Assembly: GCF_020438995.1 (NCBI RefSeq)
Contig: NZ_JAGQTN010000061.1
Location: 7,222 to 71,221 of the forward strand
Direction: 5' to 3'
DNA length: 64,000 bases
Source: Gordonia sp. (in: high G+C Gram-positive bacteria)
Lineage (GTDB): Bacteria; Actinomycetota; Actinomycetes; Mycobacteriales; Mycobacteriaceae
Below the pieces are notes generated by a model. The model made no database searches. It was not told where the DNA came from and saw only the letters and a program-made list of their open reading frames with translations. The stretch's first letter is position 1. Each line of letters starts with the position of its first letter. A program made the position numbers and the translations under genes. Shown piece after piece: positions 31,896 through 42,686 of this stretch.

Positions 31896-33143
31896 ATGCG
31901 CTGGCTGCTCGGGCGATGTGAGGTCCTGTTCGACAGGCTGGGCTATGACTATCCGCCCAGCTACGTGCTCATCGCCGATGCCGCGTTGCTGGCGTTCTGT
32001 GCATCCGCGACGATTCAGCGGTACGTGTCCGGTGTGTCCGGTGCCGACTGGATAGTGCTCGGCGTGGTGTGGGTGATCGCGTTGTGGCTGACCGCCGGAG
32101 AACTGGCGATCTGCTCGCTCGACATATCCAGGGCGCCGATCATCTCGATGATGCCGGTGATGATCATCGCCGCGGTGGTCCTGTTCTGGTGCGTACCACT
32201 CGATGCCGGTGCCGCGCACGGTGATGTGGCGCCGCTGCTGCTGGTTCTGGGCGCGGCGATGTGCGCCACGGTCACCCCGATCAGGCTCGCGACCGTCCAT
32301 TTGCTGATGTTCCTGACCGCGGTGGTCGCGGGCACCGCGGTCGGTGCCACGGACCTGGGGTGGATCATCGGCGGCATGATCGGACTGGGCTGGGCCACAG
32401 GATCTCTACTGCAAAAGCAACTGCAGCTGATGCATGCCGAACGCCGCGAACGCGCCAAGCAGTACGCGCTCGATCGTGCCGGGATCGCCGCCGAGGTCCA
32501 CGACGTGGTGGCGCATTCGCTGAGCATCGTGCTGCTGAATGTGACAGCGGCCCGCCGGGCCATCGAATCCGGTCAGCACCCTGAGACCGACGGTGACATC
32601 GCCGAAGCCCTCGATGCGCTGCGCGATGCGGAGCGTCAGGGGCGGTCGGCGATGAGTGATGTCCGGCGCACCATCGAACTGCTCCGCAACGAGTCGACGC
32701 CCGAACAGGCGCAGCCGGGCCTTGCCGACATCACCGCGCTCGTCGATGGTTTCCGCCGGGCCGGGTCGTCGGTCACCGCGTGGGTACAACCGCCCGCCGT
32801 CGCGCTCAGCAGCGCCACCGAACTGGCGGTGTACCGGGTGGTGCAGGAATCGCTGTCGAACGCGTCCAAACATGCCGACGGTGCGCCGGTGAGTATCGCC
32901 CTCGGTCCCGGACGCGATTCGAAATTCATTGTGCACGTGTCGAACCCGGTCAAGGAAGGCAAACCAACGGGTGTCTCCGGGGGTTATGGTCTGGCCGGGA
33001 TGACATCGCGGGTGGGAAATCTCGGCGGAACCCTGCGCGCCGGCGTCAACGATGGTCGCTGGTGTGTCGAAGCCGTCTTCGCCGCCGACACCGATGACAG
33101 CACGAACAGGACAACCGACGATACCGCGGGGGTGGGCACGTGA
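31896..33143 (+). CDS. sensor histidine kinase (HisKA_3/NarX type)
   Basis: TM N-terminus, EVHDVVAHSL, VVQESLSNASKHA, GYGLAGM. Confidence 0.92.
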   Translation: MRWLLGRCEVLFDRLGYDYPPSYVLIADAALLAFCASATIQRYVSGVSGADWIVLGVVWVIALWLTAGELAICSLDISRAPIISMMPVMIIAAVVLFWCVPLDAGAAHGDVAPLLLVLGAAMCATVTPIRLATVHLLMFLTAVVAGTAVGATDLGWIIGGMIGLGWATGSLLQKQLQLMHAERRERAKQYALDRAGIAAEVHDVVAHSLSIVLLNVTAARRAIESGQHPETDGDIAEALDALRDAERQGRSAMSDVRRTIELLRNESTPEQAQPGLADITALVDGFRRAGSSVTAWVQPPAVALSSATELAVYRVVQESLSNASKHADGAPVSIALGPGRDSKFIVHVSNPVKEGKPTGVSGGYGLAGMTSRVGNLGGTLRAGVNDGRWCVEAVFAADTDDSTNRTTDDTAGVGT

Positions 33144-33817
33144 GCGAGGAGATCCGGGTACTGCTCGTCGACGATCAGGAACTGGTGCGTTCGGGTCTGC
33201 GGCGAATCCTGCGCCGTAAGGACGGGTTCGACGTGGTGGCCGAATGCGCCGACGGCGACGAGGTGCCGGCCGCCGTCGCAGCGCACTCCCCCGACGTCGT
33301 CGTGATGGATCTGCGGATGAAGCGGGTCAGCGGAATGGAGGCCACGCGACGCCTGCGAGCCCTGGCGACCGATCGTCACCGCGCGCCGCCGGTGTTGGTG
33401 CTCACCACCTTCCGCGACGAGGAGTTGCTGTCCGAAGCATTGCGGGCGGGGGCTGCGGGATTCGTGCTCAAGGAATCCTCAGCGGAGGAACTGATCCGGG
33501 CCGTCCGGCTCGTCGCGGTCGGTGAGTCGGTGCTCGATCCGGCGATCACCGCGTCCGTGCTTGACACCTACCGGAACGCGGGTTCGCCGTCGAAGGCCGA
33601 CGCCGCGGCTCTGGGCCGGCTGACCGCCCGCGAACGGACCGTGCTGGAACTGATCGGCCGCGGCCTGACCAACGACGAGATCGCCGCAGAGCTGGTGATC
33701 TCGGTGGTGACCGTCAAGAGTCATGTGGGTGCTGTCTTCCGGGCGCTCGGTGTGCGGGATCGGGCCGCCGCGGTGGTCTTCGCCTTCGATCACGGGGTGG
33801 TCGCGCCCCGGGGTTGA
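33140..33817 (+). CDS. NarL/LuxR response regulator
   Basis: LLVDDQ, VVMDLRM, GFVLK, LTARE...TVKSHV. Confidence 0.93.
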   Translation: MSEEIRVLLVDDQELVRSGLRRILRRKDGFDVVAECADGDEVPAAVAAHSPDVVVMDLRMKRVSGMEATRRLRALATDRHRAPPVLVLTTFRDEELLSEALRAGAAGFVLKESSAEELIRAVRLVAVGESVLDPAITASVLDTYRNAGSPSKADAAALGRLTARERTVLELIGRGLTNDEIAAELVISVVTVKSHVGAVFRALGVRDRAAAVVFAFDHGVVAPRG

Positions 33818-33877
33818 TCGGGTGCCGACGGTACCGCTGGTCACACTCGGCGGGAACCGGCCGCCGGCGGGTTTAGG

Positions 33878-35002
33878 GTGGGCGGCATGGCTATGGCAGA
33901 TCGACCGGAAGTACTCACGGCGTCGGCCCCTATCACCGCGTTGTCGGTGGTCGGGCTTGCGGGGAATCTGCTCACTGGACTCGCGCAGGTCCCGCTGCGC
34001 CGGCCCTGGCAGGGCCCCTCGGGACTCCTGGACAACATCGGCCGGGCTGTCACTCGGCAGGTGGTCCGCTCCCTGATGGGGTATTCGATGGGCCTGCCGA
34101 TCGAGGAGTTCAGGTCGATGGAGAAAGTGCTCGACGACATCTGTCAGATCGTCATGCCGCCGTTCGTGGGGCTGGCCAACGACGTCGAGATCACCGAGGA
34201 TGTTGTGGGCGGTGTGCCCGGGCTGTGGTGTCGTGCCAAAGCCAGCACCGACGCCTACGTCGAGGACTGTGACCGTAAGGAACCGATCGGCGCAACCGGC
34301 CTCTACCTGCACGGCGGTGGTTACATCGGCACCTCCCCGATGATGTATTCGGCGTTCGCGGCGTCGCTGGTGCGGGTGACCGGCGCCGAGATCTTCATCG
34401 CCGACTACCGGATGGCTCCGGAGTTCCCGTTCCCGGCTGGTGTGCTCGATGCCGCTGCCGTGTATGAGGATCTCATCAGCCGCGGTGTGGCGCCGAATCA
34501 TATTGTGGTGGCCGGTGATTCGGGCGGCGGTGGGCTGGCGGCGTCGTTGATGATCTACCTGCACGACAAAGGGGTACCCGCGCCGGCGGCTCTGGTGTTG
34601 TTCTCCCCCGAGGTCGATCTCGACTTCGACCATCCGTCGGTCGTCGACAACGCCTCGAAAGACATTCTGCCGTGGAGCATCCCGGTGACCCCGTACTTAC
34701 ACGGCCTGCAGCCCAACGACAAGCGGGTCTCCATCATGCACGCCGACCCTCACCCCGACTGGTTTCCGCGCACCTTCGTATGCTGGGGTGCCGACGAGAT
34801 GCTGCGCGACGGTATCCGGGAATTCGTACAGCGTTTGCGCGACAACGGAATCGCCGTCTGGGCGATGGAGGAGTACGGCATGTTCCACGTCTTCCCCATC
34901 CTGATGCCATGGGCCGAGGCGTCCAAACGAGTGTTCCGTGTGCTCGATCGGCTCTCCCGTCGTCACGTCCGGTCCGACCCGAAGGCCCGCGCCACGCATT
35001 GA
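33878..35002 (+). CDS. HSL-family esterase/lipase
   Basis: HGGG, GDSGG, FHVF. Confidence 0.88.
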   Translation: MGGMAMADRPEVLTASAPITALSVVGLAGNLLTGLAQVPLRRPWQGPSGLLDNIGRAVTRQVVRSLMGYSMGLPIEEFRSMEKVLDDICQIVMPPFVGLANDVEITEDVVGGVPGLWCRAKASTDAYVEDCDRKEPIGATGLYLHGGGYIGTSPMMYSAFAASLVRVTGAEIFIADYRMAPEFPFPAGVLDAAAVYEDLISRGVAPNHIVVAGDSGGGGLAASLMIYLHDKGVPAPAALVLFSPEVDLDFDHPSVVDNASKDILPWSIPVTPYLHGLQPNDKRVSIMHADPHPDWFPRTFVCWGADEMLRDGIREFVQRLRDNGIAVWAMEEYGMFHVFPILMPWAEASKRVFRVLDRLSRRHVRSDPKARATH

Positions 35003-35124
35003 CCTCAACGTTCGGCGATCAAGGTCGGTCGTCTGCGCGCATCGTTCCGATCGCACTCGCCGACGGCCGCCACAGCGTAGGTTTGGGCTGAACGTAATCA
35101 GGTGCCGTAGTAGGGAGTCCTTCC

Positions 35125-35442
35125 ATGTCGATCGTCGTAGTCGCAACCATCACCCCCAAGCCGGGTGAGGAGGACGCCGTCCGCGACGCCATCCTCGCCG
35201 CGATCCCCAAAGTGCATGCCGAACCCGGTTGTGAGAAGTACGCCCTGCATGAATCGACCGGTGACGACACCTCGTTCGTGATGATCGAACGCTGGGAGTC
35301 GATGGAGGCACTCGCGGTACACGGCGCGGCGCCGGCCCTCGCTGAACTCGGCGCCGCCATCGGTGGCCTGCTCGCCGGACCTCTCGACGTCAAGACGTTC
35401 ACCGCCTCACCCGCGGGTGACGCGGACAAGGGCGCGATCTAG
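35125..35442 (+). CDS. antibiotic-biosynthesis-monooxygenase (ABM) family protein
   Basis: AEPGCEKYALHE, IERWES...H. Confidence 0.85.
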   Translation: MSIVVVATITPKPGEEDAVRDAILAAIPKVHAEPGCEKYALHESTGDDTSFVMIERWESMEALAVHGAAPALAELGAAIGGLLAGPLDVKTFTASPAGDADKGAI

Positions 35443-35527
35443 CGCATCCCCGTCGGCCCGGCCCGGCGCGAGCACACGAAAAGCCGGATCCGGAACAGAA
35501 CACGCGCCGGTGGTGTTGAGTGCAGGC

Positions 35528-35878
35528 ATGGCAACCATTGATCTCAAGACCGCGGAATTCGATTCCACGGTCGCCGACAACGACATCGTGCTGGTCGACT
35601 TCTGGGCCTCGTGGTGCGGACCGTGCCGCCAGTTCGGGCCGATCTTCGAACGGGTCTCGGAGAAGTACCCGGACCTGGTGTTCGCGAAGGTCGATACCGA
35701 GGCCGAGGAGCAGCTCGCGGCCGGTGCGGGCATCAGGTCCATCCCGACGCTGATGGTGTTCAAGCAGGGGTACCTGGTGTTCAACCAGGCTGGCGCCCTG
35801 CCGCCGGACGCCCTGGAGAATCTGGTGAACCAGGTTATCGAGCTCGACGTCGAGAAGGCGCTCGCCGAACAGGGCTGA
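35528..35878 (+). CDS. thioredoxin
   Basis: DFWASWCGPC, SIPTL. Confidence 0.93.
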   Translation: MATIDLKTAEFDSTVADNDIVLVDFWASWCGPCRQFGPIFERVSEKYPDLVFAKVDTEAEEQLAAGAGIRSIPTLMVFKQGYLVFNQAGALPPDALENLVNQVIELDVEKALAEQG

Positions 35879-35981
35879 ATTGTTCGGTTCCACACTGATC
35901 GCTCATACTGTAATGTCTTCGGTTAGCTCCACGGTGGCGCCTGCCGGTCGCTGCCGATTCATCTCACAGAAGGCGACCTCG

Positions 35982-36086
35982 ATGGCCGATCAGCAGCAAG
36001 AACCGACCCTCGTCCAGAAGATCCTCACCAAGGTCGCGATCAAGGTCTACGAGATCAAGCAGAAATTCAGCAAGCCCGCGCAATAG
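35982..36086 (+). CDS. 34-aa small protein (hypothetical)
   Basis: SD-like agaagg; MADQQQEPTLVQKILTKVAIKVYEIKQKFSKPAQ; high GC3 codons; followed by a terminator. Confidence 0.55.
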   Translation: MADQQQEPTLVQKILTKVAIKVYEIKQKFSKPAQ

Positions 36087-36108
36087 TCGCAACACGCCGC
36101 CAGTCGAG

Positions 36109-36143
36109 ACGGCCCGCATACCGAACGTGGATGCGGGCCGTTT
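36109..36143 (+). terminator. intrinsic terminator
   Basis: acggcccgcat / atgcgggccgt 11-bp stem followed by T residues. Confidence 0.6.
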
Positions 36144-36194
36144 GCGCTGGTCCCCACCGTGTGGCCGAAGGCACGCTTAGGTAGCGTGTACCCG

Positions 36195-36779
36195 GTGAAA
36201 CTCAAGCATGGGATCGTTGTCTGTGTCGCCCTCGCCGGATTGCTGGCCGGCTGCGGATCGTCGGACTCCGACGACACCACCACGTCGTCGGCAGCCGCCG
36301 ACGCCCCCGACACCAGCAGTCTGTCCTGTCCCACCGACGCTCCCGCTGCCGATACCAAACCCCAGTGGTCGATCGACGGCGAGACCGGAAAATTGGAGAT
36401 GGCCGGATCGACCGACAGCGCCGGGCCGCTGATCAAGGTCACCAAACCGTTCACCGTCGCCAAGACAACGGTGCAAACGCTGACCGCGGGCACCGGTCCC
36501 GAGGTGTCCGACACCGCGACGGTGACAGTCTGCTACACCGGCGTCAACGGCCGTGACGGCAAGGTCTTCGACAGCGCCTACGAGCGCGGCGAGCCGACCT
36601 CGTTCGGTGTCGCCGGGGTCGTCGCAGGCTTCGGCAAGGCCCTGGTCGGTCAGAAGGTCGGGTCCACGGTGGGCGTGGCGATCATTCCCGCCGACGGCTA
36701 CCCCGAAGGTCAGCCGGGCGCGGGGATCGAGAAGGGTGACACCATCGTGTTCGCCATCAAGATCCTCGCCGCCCAGTAG
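36195..36779 (+). CDS. FKBP-type peptidyl-prolyl isomerase lipoprotein
   Basis: Lipobox LLAGC; FDSAYERG, GYPEG, IVFAIKIL. Confidence 0.9.
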   Translation: MKLKHGIVVCVALAGLLAGCGSSDSDDTTTSSAAADAPDTSSLSCPTDAPAADTKPQWSIDGETGKLEMAGSTDSAGPLIKVTKPFTVAKTTVQTLTAGTGPEVSDTATVTVCYTGVNGRDGKVFDSAYERGEPTSFGVAGVVAGFGKALVGQKVGSTVGVAIIPADGYPEGQPGAGIEKGDTIVFAIKILAAQ

Positions 36780-36798
36780 CACCGAACCGGTAGGTCGA

Positions 36799-37212
36799 TC
36801 AGGACGGCTTCTGCTGGATCCGGACCATGTTCCCCGACGGGTCACGGACCGCGCAGTCGCGCAGGCCGTACGGCTGATCCATCGGTTCCTGAATGATCTC
36901 GACGTCACCGGCGGCCAACGTGTCGAAGGTGGCGTCGAGATCGTCCGAGGCCAGCAGCACACTCGCGTAGGTGCCCTTGGCCACCATCTCCTCGATCATC
37001 GCGCTCTCGGCTTCGGTAACGCCGGGATTGACCCCGAGTGGCGTCAGGACGAGCGCGGTGTCGGGCTGGTCGGGCGGGCCGACGGTCAGCCAGCGTTTGC
37101 CGTCGTAGCCCACGTCCAGACGCAACTCGAAGCCGAGCAGGTCCCGGTAGAAGCCGAGCGCGGCGTCGGCGTCGGTGTGTGGCAGGAAACTGGAATGAAT
37201 GGTGACTGTCAT
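36799..37212 (-). CDS. VOC/glyoxalase family protein
   Basis: FYRDLLGFE...DQPYGLRDCAVRDPSGN. Confidence 0.9.
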   Translation of the reverse strand: MTVTIHSSFLPHTDADAALGFYRDLLGFELRLDVGYDGKRWLTVGPPDQPDTALVLTPLGVNPGVTEAESAMIEEMVAKGTYASVLLASDDLDATFDTLAAGDVEIIQEPMDQPYGLRDCAVRDPSGNMVRIQQKPS

Positions 37213-37222
37213 GGGCTCGACG

Positions 37223-37657
37223 CTACGTGCGTGGCCGCGAGCCCGCTTCTCGATTCCTGACCGGTCGGGTGACCGTCTTGGCCACGCACGGCACCATGCC
37301 CTCAGTCGCGTCGGCATGCTCGCGCCGGTAGGTGCTCGGTGAGACCCCGACGAGTTCGGTGAACCTGGTGCTGAAAGTGCCCAGCGATGAACATCCGACG
37401 GCGAAACACACGTCGGTGACCGACATGTCGCCCCGCCGCAGCAATGTCATCGCCCGCTCGATACGCCGCGTCATGAGATACGAGTACGGCGCCTCCCCAT
37501 AGGCTTTGCGGAATTCACGGCTCAGGTGGCCGGCCGACATGTGCACCCCGGCCGCAAGCGCGGCCACATCGAGGGGCTGCGCGTAGTCCCGGTCGATACG
37601 GTCACGCACCCGTCGCAACGCCGCCAGGTCGCGGGTCCGCTGCGTCGAGATCCCCAC
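37223..37657 (-). CDS. AraC-type HTH regulator (DNA-binding domain only)
   Basis: MSAGHLSREF...RRIERA..LL...VTDVCFAVG..SLGTFSTRF. Confidence 0.9.
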   Translation of the reverse strand: MGISTQRTRDLAALRRVRDRIDRDYAQPLDVAALAAGVHMSAGHLSREFRKAYGEAPYSYLMTRRIERAMTLLRRGDMSVTDVCFAVGCSSLGTFSTRFTELVGVSPSTYRREHADATEGMVPCVAKTVTRPVRNREAGSRPRT

Positions 37658-37660
37658 CGG

Positions 37661-40045
<2,385 letters not shown>

Positions 40046-40083
40046 GGGGTCGAGCGTAGTACGCGGCGCCGGGAACGACCGCG

Positions 40084-40399
40084 ATGTCAGGGACCCGACG
40101 ACCCGGACGACCCTCGCCCCGACACCATCGACGCGCTTGCCGCCCATGCTGAGCATGTCCTATACGCGCTCACCGACGCTGGGTACCAGGTGACGCGGCT
40201 ACCCGAGGCGATCGCCGAATCCGACACCGTCGAGAACCCGATCACGCCCGCCAAAGAGAAAGCAGCACTACTCCTTAGAGAGTACGCCGCGTACCAGCTC
40301 GCCCTCGAATACTCCCGTGCCCGTGGGGACGAGGGGTTGACCTTGACCATCGTGCTCGAGGACATCATGGCGGCAATCGAAAGCTGGCTGGAGCTGTAG
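40084..40399 (+). pseudogene. phage-like small ORF without a clear in-frame start
   Basis: Open frame ...PRPDTIDALAAHAEHVLYALTDAGYQVTRLPE...ESWLEL*; the nearest ATG (40084) is in another frame. Confidence 0.4.
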
Positions 40400-40403
40400 C
40401 CCC

Positions 40404-40670
40404 TCAGGACGCCCTGCGCTTGGATACCTTGCGCAGGGCGTCCTTGTGTTCGGGGCGGATTCCCGTGCCGGGCATTGGCTGCCCGGCGAGCTTGAAGATA
40501 TTCGTCGTCAGGCCGTCGACCATGTGCTTCGGTACCCCGTGGGCGCGGAGCTGTTCGTTCAGCGCTGTCCACGGGTGCGGGCTGGTCGCCCACCGGGCCC
40601 GACCCTCTCCGGCCCACCAGAGTTTCAGGCGGCGGGTCTTCGCATCGTCGTCAAGGTTCGAGGCGGCCAT
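40404..40670 (-). CDS. small phage-type protein (domain resembling those in actinophage head-morphogenesis fusions)
   Basis: RLKLWWAGEGRARWATSPHPWTAL...GLTTNIF...MPG pattern; family assignment from memory. Confidence 0.55.
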   Translation of the reverse strand: MAASNLDDDAKTRRLKLWWAGEGRARWATSPHPWTALNEQLRAHGVPKHMVDGLTTNIFKLAGQPMPGTGIRPEHKDALRKVSKRRAS

Positions 40671-40830
40671 TCTGCGTCATCCACTCCGCCCTGAGTCGTG
40701 CGAAAACCTCAGCAGCTTCCGCCTCATCTTCGGGAGTTGGCATCATCGTCACTCCCTCAACGAACGTGACCTCCGATGGTGGCGGTGGGCCCATTCGGTA
40801 AGGGGGCCCAGACGCTGGCTCACCACTCAT
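40651..40830 (-). CDS. 59-aa acidic protein coupled to the ART ORF (possible immunity)
   Basis: ATG overlaps the ART stop (ATGA at 40827-40830); TPEDEAEAAEVFARLRAEW. Confidence 0.55.
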   Translation of the reverse strand: MSGEPASGPPYRMGPPPPSEVTFVEGVTMMPTPEDEAEAAEVFARLRAEWMTQNGRLEP

Positions 40831-42215
40831 GTTGTCCCTTCGATTGGAGTAATCTGTCGCAGAAACACGACGTGGGTGCCATCGCCCCAAACGGCGACCT
40901 GCGCCGCGATTCGGAAGTCGCCCGTCGTCACGAACTCACCGACGTCATGCGCAATGTTACCCGCTCGCGCTCCTCGCCCAAGGATATACAGAACCGGGAT
41001 CGTCGCGTCGTCAGGGATGCGCTGCTTCGCTCCAGGATTGAGTCCACCCTGGGTCGGATCGTGCGCGAAGTCGATCCCGATGCGCGACGAGCTGGCAAAG
41101 GATGACAGCGGGAGCGTGACGACTGAACCGCGCTGCATTGCGGCGACAGCCGCGGGGGTGGCTCTAGCTCCCCGGAACAGTTGGATGCCCGTAGCGGGCT
41201 GGTTAGCAATCGCGGACATGAGCGGCCCGGCAACAGCAAGGTCAGGATCGTCCATGTCGTCGGGCGTCAAACCCTCACGCTGCACGCGACGAGCAGACTC
41301 CCTGACTTCATCCACCGTTGTCGTAAATCGCCTTCGACGCCCAAGCCTTGGCCGCACGTTCCATCTGCTCGGCGCTCACGCGAGTGATCGGGGGCCAGGC
41401 CACGCGGGAACGGACGGGGTTGCGAGGTCGTCCAGCTTCTCGATACCGGCGACAAGGTTGGCGCGCTGCTGGGCGGTTAAGGAATCTGGAGCGGCAGCGT
41501 CGATGCACTGCTCGATGATCTGCCGACGATGACGCGGATCATACCCAGCCGTATACCGGAGGTCACGTAGGCGAATGCCGAGGTCTTCAACAACGTTGGC
41601 GACTACGTCCGGGTCTACGCCTGCAACAACGGGGCGAGCGAACCCTTCGTAAGGGTCGACGTCGTAAGTGTCCGCACGCCCCACAATCGTCCTGAGAAGG
41701 TCGGACGGATCAGGCTCATCCGCAGCAGCCGAGACCGTAGGCGGCTTGGGCGGCTCCCCCGGTGGCCCAGCACTCCCTGACGCAGGCACACCCTCCCGCA
41801 CGTCCCGAGACTCCGGCACATGGTCGGCCGACCCGCCGCTCTCGTGCGACCCACCACCCCCGACCGACGCCAGCACCTTAGGTTTCACGGCTTTCGCCTT
41901 CGCGGGCTCGGGGCTCTTGACGGCCACCGCCTTGGTGGCGACATCGGCCACGTGCGCCGACCCCTTGCGGGTAGTGACCGGCTTGACCTTGGCGCTCTTG
42001 GCCTTGGCCGCGACGTCCGGCTTGTCGCCGGGTCGTCTCGTGGCTTCATGCCGTCGGGGCGGATAATCTCGCCGATCTTCTGGCCGAACTTCTTCTCACC
42101 CTCGGGGGTCTCCACTCTGGACGGCTCGCGCCCCGCAGCTTTCCGCATCGCCGACGAGTGCTTCGGGGAGAGCCTGCGGGGCCGCTCTCCGGGAATGGAA
42201 TCTGCGCGCCCGACT
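40827..42215 (-). pseudogene. disrupted phage-type ADP-ribosyltransferase (R-S-E) fusion gene
   Basis: C-terminal LFRG ... LSSFASS ... GEFV; upstream K/A/P-rich linker and RVETPEGEKKFGQKIGEII motif; split over several frames, with a stop at 41376-41378. Confidence 0.65.
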
Positions 42216-42243
42216 CAGCGGGATCCATCCTCCGAACAGATGA

Positions 42244-42261
42244 ATCTGATAATTATCAGAT
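42244..42261. promoter_or_regulatory. perfect 18-bp AT-rich palindrome
   Basis: atctgataattatcagat equals its own reverse complement. Confidence 0.6.
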
Positions 42262-42329
42262 ATCCGGGGAACCTTTTGGCTCCGGGCTGCGTCTGATCAC
42301 CGGACAGCACCGAAGGGAAGGGAATCACG

Positions 42330-42686
42330 ATGAGCAGTTGGCAGGATTGGTTCGGCGGAGCGGTGACTGGTTCGCTGGGTGGCGCTGTCACGGACGCCGT
42401 TGACGATCTCCTCGTTGTCGACGCGGACGAGGTCAGGGCGATCGCGCGCTGCTGGGAGGTCACGGCTGACGAGGTCGGGGGCATGACGTTCGACCCGCCC
42501 CGGCGGGTCACGGGGACCTCGAGCAGGGTGATCGCCGCGCTGCACGTCGCGGGTGATTCCGCCGCGGCGGCGGCCGACATGCTCGCCACGCAACTGCGAT
42601 CGACGGCGGCCATCTGCCGCAACGGGGTGGCCACCTTGTCGGCCACCGACGAATCGGTGTGCTTGCCGATCGTGGGGCTTTGCTGA
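42330..42686 (+). CDS. WXG100-like / type VII secretion-associated small protein
   Basis: 118 aa helical; VDADEVRAIARCWE pattern; coupled to the next gene by TGATG. Confidence 0.55.
   Translation: MSSWQDWFGGAVTGSLGGAVTDAVDDLLVVDADEVRAIARCWEVTADEVGGMTFDPPRRVTGTSSRVIAALHVAGDSAAAAADMLATQLRSTAAICRNGVATLSATDESVCLPIVGLC

Noticed and set aside
41300-42100. Programmed ribosomal frameshifting in the ART gene
   Set aside because: No canonical slippery heptamer at the shifts, and several shifts are needed; decay or error is more parsimonious.
42244-42261. dif site or Fur/IdeR box
   Set aside because: Does not match the 28-bp dif structure or the spacing of those boxes as I know them.
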